A DNA stretch of 58,098 bases, filler included, from Sphacelaria rigidula (lineage: Eukaryota), in NCBI GenBank assembly GCA_964200075.2. It is 8 parts of 8 records of this genome, joined end to end, with 100 filler letters (N's around TTAATTAATTAA, not from the genome) between each part and the next. Parts side by side here need not be neighbours in the genome. Positions count along the whole stretch, not along the records: positions 36,377 to 43,550 come from CAXNAA020016132.1; positions 43,651 to 50,824 come from CAXNAA020016133.1; 6 more parts are not named here. One strand, given 5' to 3'. The notes beneath the pieces are model-generated. The model saw only the letters and a program-made list of their open reading frames with translations. It had not been told where the DNA came from and made no database searches. The translations under genes and the position numbers were made by a program. Positions 36,544-49,057 of this stretch are shown one piece after another (position 1 is the stretch's first letter; each line of letters starts with the position of its first letter).

Positions 36544-39500
36544 TGTTACATGCGGTTGGATTTGATAGCATAGTAGGCGTATGTCTTGTACCTACGTACG
36601 CAATGTTTGCTTGTCATGGTGTTGGGGTAGCCACACCCAGTCACTTCGTTCTCCTCCTTCTTTTCCTTCCTTGACTTGCTTAGTTAAGCTATGCAATACT
36701 ACTCTTCTACATCAACTTGATCGGCTCAGCCGTGTCCTTTGATCGACTTCATCAGTCGTGTCTAGCTGTCCCTATTCATGGATCACGTATCAAGGAACAG
36801 ACCCGGCCCTGATTAAGCAGGATGTTTCAAGTGTGGGGACAAAGATCATTGGAGGAAAGACGGTAAGAAGAAAAACAAGCCTGCAGCTACCGGAGGTGGG
36901 GATGGCGGACATGTACAGCCGTGGCAACAACAACAGCAAACGGCGCAAGCTCCGCGGGGCGGGGGCCAGGGTCCTACACTACCCGGGCTGTTTTTCCAGG
37001 GGAAAGTCGTCAAGGGGGCACCAACGGTGCTGATAGTACGTTGCAGCCCACGCTGACTGTTCCGGCTTCTACAGTACAGCCTCCTCCATCGACAGAAACA
37101 GTTCAGCAGTGGGCATCGGCGACAGTGCCGGCGTGGCGGGGCTTGCGCACTGCTTCCGAGGTGGCAGAGCTGGAGGCCGAGGGTTTGGACGTAGAACAGA
37201 GGCAGCGATGCTGCCGAGTTGATCTGTCTGTCCTAGATTTCGCCGTACAGACAGGCTGCCCGGTCAAGTCTGTGTTGGACTCTGGAGCTGGAATAACCAT
37301 TATGTCTGAACGGGTGGCGACCCAGTTGGAGAACGCGTTTCCTGGAGTGTCAATTTTCACATCAATGACACGTGGACACCCGGTAAGGCTGGCTGACGGT
37401 AACGTAAAACCCATGCACTCGAAAACGTGTCTGGTTCGTACGGCACTCCACACGAGCTGGGGGTCGGTGGTGCTTGAGCCCTGCCGGTATGCGATTATGG
37501 CCGGCGCTGATGATGTGGTTATTATCGGGAGCAATACTCTGGCGAAAATAGGCAATCAATATCTACAATGATCCGGGCGTATGCGCGCAAACGGAATACC
37601 CTTCTTTGCGGGGTATCGAGACGCCTGAGTTCCTTGAGTGCAGGCGTGTGAGCCTCGCGGTGGAGGAGCTCCAGGAGACGACCGGTCACGAGGAACCGGT
37701 GGATTCATCTATCGAGCGATTGATGTCACGGAGTCCGGATATGTTTATGCCACTAGAGCAAGAGCTTGATGAGCGCAAAGTGGCGCGGGAGGGGTGCATG
37801 AATATTTTTTAAGGTCGGGATTGTTAGGAGCACGTTATCTCATGCAACGCAAGACGTATGAAAATATGTGAAAGTACGCCAGGATTACTACTCCAATGTG
37901 CTGGGGATATCCAGAATGAATTTGAAAACGGGGATGTCCTGATCCATATTTTTGTGCATCTAGAATCGTTTGGAGCCCCTAAACCAGACATACGTTCGCG
38001 GAAAACGTGCACCCCTACCGTGGCATTGCTCTGATACGCAGATCACGTGGTGTGGGAAGAGTTTTTCAGGTGGACAGGTTGCTCCTGATCGCGACCGACT
38101 GACCGGATTAGCCAACATGCGTCGCCCACGTACGGCGGGTGAGCTGATGCAGTTTTTACAGGCTGTCAATTGGCTGCGAAAATACTTACCGCGTTTGGCG
38201 GAAACGGTGAAGCCGCTGCGTGAGTTGTTGGAGGAACATCTGCGGGAAAACGTCCGCCGCACGAAGCGAGTGGCGTCCAACCGTATAATCGAAGATTCGG
38301 CGTGGACATTTCAGCGGGGTCAGGCGTGGCATGCTGCACAAGACTTGGTGGCGAATGCTGTCGCTTTGTCGTATCCGACGGGGTATGAGGTGCTGATGTT
38401 TCCAGATGCATCGGATCTACATTGGGGCATTTTTGCTACGCAGATACCGGCCGCTGAGTTGGATGGGCCACTGGCGTGGAAGACCACGAGCCGATGGGGT
38501 TTCTCAGTGGGACTTTCCGTGGGGCACAAGTTCGATGGGCTACGGTGGATAAGGAAGGCTACGACATTGGGAGTGCATTACGAAGGAAGGCTACGCCATC
38601 GTGATGAGAGAAGTTGTCCGTACTCTAAAGGCAAGGCTTCAAGAAGAGCGGCGCGATGTTCGTGACTGGGTGGGATTGGTGCCTGCGGTGCACAGGGCGC
38701 TGGATACCGCATTCCGCGAGCGATATGCCAGTACCCCCTACCATGTAATGTCTGGACGCGCGCCGCGCACGAGATTTTCGACACTGGCCCCGTCGATCGG
38801 CGGCGAATGGCGACTTGATGTGCTGGATGAAGACAGGCTGCGGCAGAAGGTGGCGTTAGTTGTTGAGGCGCAACAAGAGCTGCATAAGGAGGTGGCGCAG
38901 CGCGTGGAGAAGACCCGTGAGGTACAGCGACGTGTTGCCGGTAGGGGACAGTCACCTAATTTTATGGTTGGTGATAATATGTTGGCGGCGAGAGTTAGGC
39001 GTTCCGGTACAACGCCGAAACTCGTCAGTACGTGGACAGGACCGTGAAGAATTGTGGCAGCGGAGCATCAGCATGTGTACGAGATTCAGAATATTGTCAA
39101 CGGAGAGGTGAAGGACGCGCATGTCGCCCGTCTACGGTACTACGCGGACAAAGAACTGGAGGTCAATGCGGATTTGAAGGAAGTGGTTCGGTATGCGTTT
39201 GCTCAAGGAGAGTTCGAATTGGAGGCAATATTTGACTTATCTGAGGCTCAAGATGGTGATGGGTTCCTTGTACACGTGGAATGGGTTGATTTCGGCCAGA
39301 ACGAGAGCTCGTGGGAGCCACTGAAAACCATTTTGGAAGGAGCCCCGCAGTTTGTACGTCTTGAATTGCGTAAGTTGCGACTAAAAAGCAGGTACGGGCG
39401 CGTTTGTTGGCTAAGTATGGTCTCAAGCTTTGATTGGTTGGGTTTCAAGCTGTGATAGGTTGTTGGCGTAGTTCGTGGATTCTACTATGAAATTTGGTGT

Positions 39501-39744
39501 TCGTTGAGTATACCGCTTGGTTACCGTTTGCCTAACATGTTGGAGTAGCTCGTGCTGGTGTTTTAGGATTATACTGGGGGGGGCATCGTGATTTGACGTG
39601 ATGTGGTCTGATATTGAATGCTTGTCTCTTGTTGACATCGTAGGTACTGTCGGTGTCTACTGTTTTGTCAAATTCGCTTTCTACTTCGAGTAGTGCGAAG
39701 TTTTGGAGGGTGCGTAGAGTATCCACCTACAGCATACATGCAAC
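36544..39744 (+). mobile_element. Degenerate Ty3/Gypsy chromovirus-like LTR retrotransposon
   Basis: Protease VLDSGA (~37272), RT C-terminus and RNase H FPDASDLHWG (~38400), integrase C-terminus with KLVSTWTGP (38600-39047), chromodomain VHVEWVDF..ESSWEPL (~39200-39330), G-rich PPT at ~39575; frameshifts, and RT and integrase cores deleted. Confidence 0.9.
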
Positions 39745-40739
39745 ATGTAGATATGCGGGGAATCCTAGATCGATTGGTTGGAGGATGACAATTGGATGCG
39801 TAACATATCGTGTTCGTTAGGAAAGCCCATGAAGCTTACTTCCGGCTTAATGAAGACAACTGTTTGTATAACTGCTCTGTCTTGGAGTCTCTGAAGCCCT
39901 GCTGGGGAGGAAGCCTATGGAGCAAGCACTCAGACCTTGTTCTGATTCCTGGCAAGTCTAAAACAGCAGTGCACAGAGTATGGATGGTATATTGTTTGAG
40001 CTCTTCACCCGTTCTTGATCACAAACATCCTCCTCAACATACGGCGGGGCATGCATGGAGCTTATTCATTGCATTGGTTAGCTGCTGAAGGCGTAGTATA
40101 GCGCCTCCAAGACGAGCACTGGTAGTCAAACCATTGGTCGAGCGTGAGAAACACAATGATGATGATGCACATGTGAAGCACGACGGCAGGGAGCTATTTT
40201 GTCGACATCGGAAGAACCCCTTAACCGAGCCTGTTGCGGAGGTCTGCTGTACGCGTGATAGTCAACAACGAAGCGCGCGCACTTCGCTTGATCATACCAG
40301 GAGCGAACAATAGGGACGCAGACAGTCACCCAAAATATACTACTCTTTAATCAAGCTGTTTATACTAACCTCCCTGGTTTACACGCTTCGCCTTCCTGTC
40401 GTTAATTCATGGTCTCCGCGCCAAACCAAAATTGGGGCGCGAAGAAGTACGTGAACATTTCACACACTGCATTCCTAGGATGAGCAAAGGAAAAATATTT
40501 TACACACTGCATGCCTACGGAGAATTCGCACTAAGAAGAGGGTACATATCTACATTCGCCACTATTGGCAAGATGCAGAAAGCGATGTTGCCCCGCATGC
40601 TACCGTACTCGTGGTATCTTTCGATATATCGAGGGACAGTGCCAGCTCAAAACGATCACAACGCTTTGGTCTTCACGGCTGTACTTGTGCTCCACATTTG
40701 TGAGCACGTTCCTATCAGCTTCTGGCCGGTCTCCCCTGG

Positions 40740-41177
40740 TTAAAGGGCACAAGCCGGCTTGTGACTCTTCCAGTCGGCACGTTGACACTCTTTGGAACAA
40801 TAGTTTGCCTTCCGGCAGCGTGAACACCTCAGATTGGCGACTTTCTCCCGACACTTGAGACACGAGCTGGGTATGGGCCTCATGTGTTTATCGCCACTCC
40901 TTCCCATCGCGGCCTTCCCAGTCGGCGGGTACAGAGGCGACAGTGCCGCTCGGTAGAAGAATGAGTCGACGCGCAAACCGTCACGCATGGGTGGAACCTT
41001 AGTCTCCAGGAACTCTAGGAAGATGAGGGGGAGGTCTTTGCCAGCGCCACATTGGCACAGGGAAGTGCCACCGTTGGATGCGAAAGTGCAATCTACCGCG
41101 TGGACGTATGTTTGGCGAGCGCGCTCCACGGCGACAGGGAGTAGGGACATCCACAGTGCACGCTCCGCACTGTCTAC
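40740..41177 (-). CDS. MYND zinc-finger protein, terminal exon
   Basis: VDSAERALWMSLLPVAVERAR...LCQCGAGKD...RAALSPLYP...CLKC..RCSRCRKANYCSKECQRADWKSHKPAC-stop; CTAAT branch point and tgcag| acceptor. Confidence 0.85.
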   Translation of the reverse strand, partial: VDSAERALWMSLLPVAVERARQTYVHAVDCTFASNGGTSLCQCGAGKDLPLIFLEFLETKVPPMRDGLRVDSFFYRAALSPLYPPTGKAAMGRSGDKHMRPIPSSCLKCREKVANLRCSRCRKANYCSKECQRADWKSHKPACAL

Positions 41178-41475
41178 CTGCATAGAACGCATTAGTCGGA
41201 AAGGGTTAGCTTTCCAAGAATACGACTGCCTAGTGGATTGTGCACACACTTCACCTTGTTTGACCTAAACCCTTGGACACGAGGAAACGGGGGCTACGCG
41301 CGCATCTGGACTGCAAATATCTTCGAAGGGAAGGTTCCTCTTGTTTTCGGTGTGATTACGCCAAGAAGTGGGAGAAAATCTGGAAGAATATCCAACGTCA
41401 TCGTACGTAGAACACCATAGGAGGAAGTACCGCTATACGGCATATTTCTATAACATGGAAATGCTCAATGCGCAC

Positions 41476-41751
41476 CTTTATAAACGTGATCTCATACTTA
41501 TCCTGCTCCAAAGCTACCCCGAGCTGCACCGACTGCGGGTCGCCCATACCGGTCACTGGCATGATACAGCAGTCGAGTACCAGCGCCTGGTTGTTGGAGT
41601 CCAGCAGGATGTCGCTGACCCACAACCAAATCGTCGGACTAGTAGCGGGATCTTGGTTATCATCCGTCAGGCACATCATGGGGCGCTTCCACACTCGCAG
41701 GTCCTCCTTGTTGGCTCGGCAAGCTTTGGTAGCGATGGTCAAGAAGCTTTC
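41476..41751 (-). CDS. MYND-finger protein, penultimate exon (5' boundary uncertain; further fragments to ~42705 may be decayed)
   Basis: ESFLTIATK...IWLWVSDILLDSNNQALVLDCCIMPVT...YEITFIK|gtgcgc joins the terminal exon in phase 0. Confidence 0.65.
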
Positions 41752-43486
41752 CTTTAACCAGGTCGGCGAGGAACGTCAGGGGGAGTTGGCAATCATGAGT
41801 CACCTCGTGAACCGAGGACCTACCCGCCGAGCTGTTGAATCGATCGTCAACTCACATGAGGGTGAATGACAACCCAACATTCCAGCTGAGCCCGAAGCTC
41901 TCGCTTGTTCTGGCTACGTTGTGAACGTTGTGAACGTTGTAGTACGAGGGGCATAGCCCTGTGGAGGTGATACGGCGAGGATGCGATATCGTTCCTGGCG
42001 CAGAAATGAACAACATCTATTCCTCAGTACAGACCGTGGCTTCATGCAGCGTCGATTACATATTCGGTGGAGGGGGCTCATGTTCATACGTGAAGCCAGA
42101 TCTATATACGTTGAGGAGCTCGTGAGACTCGCCCGGGCACACGCAAGACTGATATCATATTAATTTGAACCACTATGGCGCCAATATCAACATATCAAGT
42201 CTGCATACTAAAGCTGGAAAATGACGACTTCCTGCTGCGGCGATGATCCTGGAACGACAAAACGACACATCCAATGCAACGTTTCGTATCCATCGCAGTA
42301 GCTCTCTTGGTGCAAACATCACCTTCAGATTTAGGATACCCCTGTCGACGCCCTTTTCCGCACTACGTCCATGACGAGAGGCCATTTCTTCCGCCGTAAA
42401 TGATAGGCCGCCCATCACCTGGAGTGTAGAAGTATTAAAACCGACCGCGAATGTCGACGTTTGGTACCAACGAATGATAGAAGGCAGGGTGATGGGGTGC
42501 AGTCTCCAGATGGACTCGCAGAGAGTGGACAATAGCTGTAAGGTTCATCTGCATCAGCCGGACGCGCACACAGGCTGACAGTTTCACAGGCGCTCTTTCG
42601 GCCGAAGCAAGGTGAACGGAGGGTAATACATGAAGAGGTATTCTCTGCGAGAGTGTTGTTTTTCACAGTAGCCTTAAATCCCGAGAATCCAAAGCCCGTG
42701 GTCACTAGATCATAGCACAAAACAAAAGAGAAGGAGGAAGAAAAAACGTCCTCAAGCATGAAAACACAGCGCCCCGAAGGGCGGGATTCTGCGAGCATGT
42801 CAGCGAATTGTGTTTCGAAATAATGAAATAAAAAAGAAACGATAGTCGGCTAGATGGTTTGCGGATCAAAAGAGACCAAAAACGCCGAAAAAAGGAAACT
42901 ACACTGGTCGGCATACCGGACAAGTCCGGACAGAGTGAGGCAAGGCGAGAAAACGTGAGGCGAAGCGAGGCAAGAAGACGCAAGGCAAGACAAGGCAAGA
43001 CATATCAAGACGATCCGACAAGGGCCAAACTGATTGTGAGATTCAATATGGGCCAAAAGAAGGGTACAGGTAAAGAACAGCACAGGACAGGACAGGACGG
43101 AACGGGACCAGACAGAACACAACAGAATATTACACAACAACACAACACAACACAACCAAACAAAAAGGACAAGACGACAAGGCTAGCACGAAACAAAAGC
43201 GAAAGAAAATAAAAACGCAAGACACTAAGAGATGGAAAAAGGAAATGAGGGAAAGGGTGTAAAGAAGTGGAAATACTAGATTATAGTGGTGATTGCAACG
43301 CATGCGGGCGTTGGTTCGAGAGGGGAGAGGTATCGTCAGTCGGTCACGAATCCCACTACACGTTCTGCTTCTTCGATCTTCGTCTCTTCTGCAGTAGTGC
43401 TGAAGGGGGGATTCCCCCACTTTCCGATTTGTTTTTTCAAGTGTGCTTGCCGCTCGTTCGATGAAGAAATTTCTCGGAAACATAAA

Positions 43487-43504
43487 TTATTATCATTATT
43501 ATTA

Positions 43505-43550
<46 letters not shown>
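43487..43550. repeat. (TTA)n microsatellite at contig end
   Basis: Direct inspection. Confidence 0.95.
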
Positions 43551-43708
43551 NNNNNNNNNNNNNNNNNNNNNNNNNNNNNNNNNNNNNNNNNNNNTTAATT
43601 AATTAANNNNNNNNNNNNNNNNNNNNNNNNNNNNNNNNNNNNNNNNNNNNTACAAAAAAAAACATACATCCGCAGCGCCCCCACCCGAGAAGGGGCGGGG
43701 TGGTTTGT

Positions 43709-43741
<33 letters not shown>

Positions 43742-44445
43742 ACAAGCCTGCTGCGACGTTGGCGGATGCGGTCAGCTGCCGTATACAGATATCCTTGGCA
43801 TGGAGACCGCTGACGGACACACTGCCCCCCCAAGCTCATCACCTACCATGATTACATTTATTTATGGGATCGTGTTCCGTATCGCGTGCCTCGACTACTC
43901 ACCACAAGTAGTCCGGGCAAATGTGGCGAGGCGTGTGAGATAATCTTGCTACTTTGGCTACAAGCTGTCGCTACCGTGCGCTCGTGTATTCTACATAGAT
44001 GTGTGTGATGAGCGTTGCCGGCATCCGAGATCGTCGAGACAGGGCGGGCAAGGAGCAGAAGCAAATGTACGAAAGCCCGCCAGACTTTCCGGTTTTTGTT
44101 GATCTATCTCTTTCAACAATTTCTACAAAACAAGCTCAAATATCTTGAAAAAACAAAAACTAGAAAAAAAATGAAAAATCATGACAATATGCGAAAGAAT
44201 GCCCTTCGGGAGGGGGGGGAGGGGGGGGAGGGAGGGCTTTTGAGTCAGAAAAATTTCTCTCGACGGACCCTTGGCGCCCAATAGATATAATCCATCATCC
44301 ACAATTAATTATATGCTATAAATACCAAGACATTTGGCGTTCATAAAAACCACGATCATTCGATGAGCGAAACCAACCTACTGTCTGTAGCAGGCGTAGT
44401 TATTTACAGAATTAAAGGCCACGAATTCTGTTGAACGTTACTTAA

Positions 44446-44544
44446 CCCTTAGACCGCGAGGTTAGTCTTCTGTTGAATCGGCACCAATTTCAAGTGAAGA
44501 AAGAGTGTGCATGATCCAGAAAGACTAATCTCGCGGTCGAAGGG
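44446..44544. mobile_element. 99-bp piggyBac-type MITE
   Basis: TTAA on both flanks, CCC...GGG termini, TIR CCCTTAGACCGCGAGGTTAGTCTT / AAGACTAATCTCGCGGTCGAAGGG. Confidence 0.85.
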
Positions 44545-45688
44545 TTAATGAAGTTTATTCAACCCTATGACCTCCATGGTGGGTGATCTCGAGTCGGCTG
44601 GACAACTTGCACTAGAAAAAACTCTTGAACGCGCAGCTGAGCCACCCTGGCGGCCGAAGGATTAATCACACACACACTCGGTACTCTGTGCAGTACATAG
44701 TAGTGTCCATCCAGCCGGATTGAGGGTATGAAGGGGGCGACAGCTCATTGTTGAACGTGTCGCTGTTACTGCGCCACGATGCCTTCGCTGCTTCGCGGCG
44801 AGTTGGGTTCCGAACGATACAGGTGTCAGCTTGTTATTCGCCAAATTGAAAGCAGTTGCCTTCGCGACGATTCATGCAAGCAGCATATTGCATGTAATGC
44901 CGTATCGGTATATCTTTTAGATATACATGAGGCCCACTTTAGCGCCTGACGAGCGTCCGCAACAGGCAATACTCAGGACAGCTTGAAAGTGCACATACAT
45001 ACATGTTCGATACTACTACTGTACAATTGGAAACGATTTTATTTCATTTGCCATGTACCGTGTCATGCGACACATTCCAGAGCTCATCATGGTGCTGCCT
45101 TCACATAAAAAAAAACGTCCCACACAACTCCAAAAGGAATTACACATGCGGATGTGTAGTATATATACAGTCCTCTCCGAACCACATCCGCATTGTTCGC
45201 GTGCTCAAGCACTGGCAGTACGCGACGTTTGTGTATAATACCTTGCGCCCACGGGAACCGAGGAAACGATGCGTGTATGCCGGGTCCAAGTCCTCCCGAT
45301 CGACGATTCCTTGCTCCCCGCCTGCCGTCACGAGCGCAGCAGAACATGGGTGATGTAGACGTGCATTTGGATCAGTTCAGTGGATGACACCACCATGAGA
45401 CACGACTAGACGAAGCGAGATGTAGATTTCAACCGGCACAAGTGCTGATGAGTGTTGTGCCAAACAGGAACATGAACTACCCCGTACATTTAGTATTAAT
45501 TCATTCTGAAGAAGTTACCCTCTGAGACATCGGGTCCTGCGCCCGACCTCGTCAGTATGACCGGCAGACCGGGGTGCTGAGTCAAATACCGTTGTCTTGT
45601 CCACTGGGTGATCACCTCTTGTTCCAGGTAAAACTTTGGGATTTCCAGCAGTTACACTACGCAACAGAATATCGAAATCTTGGCAGAT

Positions 45689-45895
45689 ATGCGTGAGAGG
45701 ACCGCGTGCTTAGAGGATCGCATCGGATTTTGAACATCCTTATGGTTATGGTTAGGGTTAGGGTTACTGTTGAGGTTGGGGTCAGGGGCGTGGTACGTGC
45801 AGGGATTGAACCGATTGGTTTCGGAAAACGTCGATCGTGAGGTGTTTCGAGCCTCGGCGCGGTCCTTCAAGCACGCGGTCCTCTCACGCATTACA
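45689..45895. mobile_element. ~210-bp MITE with internal telomere-like GGTTAG repeats (copy 1)
   Basis: TIR ATGCGTGAGAGGACCGCGTGCTT / AAGCACGCGGTCCTCTCACGCAT; internal TTAGGGTTAGGGTTA. Confidence 0.85.
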
Positions 45896-46721
45896 GTGGA
45901 CCGGCACCTGCTGTACCCAACTCATCATCGAGATACCGTCCAGTCTCTGACAGAAGCTCACCACTGCCTTGCTCTTCTTCGAATATGCGCGCGGCATGAA
46001 TACGTATGTAGGAACATATGATACAATCGACAGGTGGTAGCGGCAGCAAAACAGGAGGAAGCACGCATCATGTGTTCCGCATACTGCACGCGCTTGCGCT
46101 TGGCATTTTTCACCATCAATTTTTTACCTGACACTTCAACATGCACGTGCTGATTACAGCCACCAATGTCCAGAAGTTGAGGGTCGATTCCCTCATCGTG
46201 AGGTGCGTTGTCAAAAAACACTTACCTGTGCAGCAAGATACCAATGTAGTGCTGTCTAGACGTTGGGGGTACGCATGACCAGTGCCGATACATTGACTCA
46301 CATACGTCAAGAAAGTTATGCTCGAATCGAACTCAGCCTCATCGTGCCGGAGAACTCCTGGCCAGACTCTCGCCCTTACTCGTCCATTCACACATGAGCG
46401 GCCACTTTCTACCGCCACAAAGCGAAACGACACAAATAAATGCAAACAATAGTCACCTGAAGCAAGTGGGGGATTTCGGTCGTGTCAACGCACGCGTGGG
46501 TGACCTGTCGAACACGGTGCAGAATCGGGATCACCTTGCATCACCAGCAACACTAACAACACTAAAACTAGCCGGCATGAGCGGCAAATCGGTTCAGTCC
46601 CTACCCAGGTACTTTGAGATAAAATCTATCAAGCAGGTTGCCTGTTTAATAACCCGACCACGCGTAGAGCTTGAGATCCTGGCAACCAAGTCGTCACATG
46701 ACACCCATTGAATGGATACCA

Positions 46722-46934
46722 GTGTAATGCGTGAGAGGACCGCGTGCTTAGAGGACCGCGTCGTAGTTCAAAATACCCCAGGATCGACGTTTTTCAATAC
46801 CAATAGGGTCAGTCCCTGCAGGTACCACGCCCCTGACCCTAACCCCAACACTAACCCCAACACTAACCCTAACGACAGGGGTGTTCAAATTCCGATGCGG
46901 TCCTCCAAGCACGCGGTCCTCTCATGCATTACAC
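46722..46934. mobile_element. Same MITE family, opposite orientation (copy 2)
   Basis: GTGTAATGCGTGAGAGGACCGCGTGCTT...AAGCACGCGGTCCTCTCATGCATTACAC; internal CCCTAACCCC. Confidence 0.85.
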
Positions 46935-48977
46935 CAGGTAAGTCGTTCACCCCGCAGCTCTGGAGAAACACACAAAACGCTCGATCCCTGTCCTCGATAC
47001 TAATATCAGTCACCAGGTGCGTATTAAGCTCATGCGTTACGTCAGTGCATCGGTCGTTCGCAAAACTTCAAGACATCAGTACTGTCACACGCAACCGAAC
47101 GGTGTCGTGACATCACTACTACCAAAAACCAATTCCCCGGCAAGATTCGTACTGACCTTCAGCTTCAACTGCAGCGGTGGATGCTGATGCCATTCCCAGC
47201 ATCAGCAACACGAAGGTCGCTGTCTCGCCTCTGATCTTCATGATGATTAGATTATCCTTGCCCTTCGGAACTAGCACTAACAGCAGGTGAAAATGGTACA
47301 ATTGCTCTGGTGCGCTACGTCAGAAGAAGAGTAGATTTTTTGGTGGATGAGAGAGTGAGGGATGGTGGCGTTGGGGGGGGGGGGCTGGAGACGACTGATG
47401 AGCTGAGGAGGAACATTTGAATTATTTGGCCGATGTCGTGCGGTAACCATATCTTTTGTAATATTTCCCCGAATTTCTCACATAGGTCGGGGTATTTCCG
47501 GTATAGTTTGGTGTAGGTCTGAAAACCCGCACCAGGGCGCCGAATCAAGAAGACGCGAGTGTATCCGCATCGAGATTGTTCCCGAACGATCATCATGTCG
47601 TTCAACAGCAGTAGTGTAGGTATGTGATTGAGGGGTCATATACCAATTTTCATAGTCAGCTCATTCACAACAGAGATGACGAATAAACGACCAAAGTCAT
47701 ATCGAAGACCGCGCCGCAGAGTGCAGCAAAGCACAGGACAGCATAGCACGAGGCAGGACAACGTAGCGCAGTACAATGTGGCGCAGTGTAATATAAAGCG
47801 TAGTCGTGCAGTACCCGCATTAGGCCGGGACCACTTGCCTTGGTATCATCCGTTGATGACGCGAGTTGGATATCTCTGAGTCGTTGCGCGTGATCCCTCT
47901 TACAGTTGTGCTCGGGACTTGTCGGGACATGAATTTTATCTTATATTCTCGCCCGGTGGGGCGGGTCACGCCGCCGCAACTGCTACATGCAGTACTTTAC
48001 GGGAAGTGGTGGTGGTCGCTCAAGTTGAGCCTACTTTACTAACGGTATGTTTTACGGGCAATGACGATAAGCTGCACACAGAAAAGGAGCATGCGTACCA
48101 AATGTATACTCTTGGAGTAGCGGTTGAGTTACGTTGTTGCGGGGGCCAGAGAGCTCGACATGGGCAACGGTACTGGTCTGTAGGGCCGCTGTAGCTTCAT
48201 CGAGTGGACGAGGATCCGCCTGGGGTACGCTTAGTAGGGGTTCTACATATCCACGGTCGGGTGTGCTTCACCCACCGCATCTATGTACACGGAACAAAAG
48301 AGGCATCCTCTCAAACCCGAAGCCCCCGATATAACTGTATAACTCACTGTGAAATATATCGAGTTCGAGAGATCGCTCATGGGTTCAAATAATCTATTCC
48401 GAGTCGCAGCACCTGAGATTTTTGTTATCTCATGTGGCATGATTCACCCGGTCGGTATATCAGTGTGGAAACATACGCAGTTCTGGGGTGGCCGTGGCGG
48501 TTTGGTTCGTGGGCGAAACCATCACACGTGATAGAAGCTCACGAAAACATGAGGACACGGTATTCATGTTCACACATCACACACGGAGCGAGGTCTGTCG
48601 AACATCTCTCATGGGATCGATTTTCATCACCCTTCTTGCTGTATAGAAGTAGACCACGACAAGTAATATCGCTGAAGTTTTGATTGGCGAAATTACACAT
48701 CAAATCAGCACGACTTCGCTAGATGAGAAAGACCATGTTTCACGGCAGGTGATGATGTTGATGTAAAATGCTATTGTTCGTCCGCATCACAGACCACCTG
48801 ACCAATCGTCATGAGAGGGGAAAATCCGCCCGAACCGTGACATTTTGGATTACTTTCCGTTTCAGATTAATTGTGGAAGGAAGGAATTTGAAATGTGGAC
48901 AGTGAGGCTTGCGAGGGGCAAGATGCCCCTGAGATCCCTGATGTATCATGCCGGGATGGACCACGCAGCATATCTTT

Positions 48978-49057
48978 TGTTCAGGAAGCGAACAGTTTAC
49001 CCATTGAACCAGTGAGCGCTCACTGGTTCAATGGGTAAGCTGTTCGCTTCTTGAACA
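48978..49057. repeat. 80-bp near-perfect palindrome with no spacer
   Basis: 40-bp arms centred on AGC|GCT, two mismatches. Confidence 0.92.

Noticed and set aside
45440..45475. Hammerhead ribozyme core (CTGATGAG)
   Set aside because: No matching GAAA core with the required stems; the same applies to CTGATGAG at ~17303 and ~47395
45958..47240. Secreted-protein gene starting MKIRGETATFVLLMLGMASAS
   Set aside because: Signal-like start, but the downstream exon candidates could not be joined without stops; at best a pseudogene
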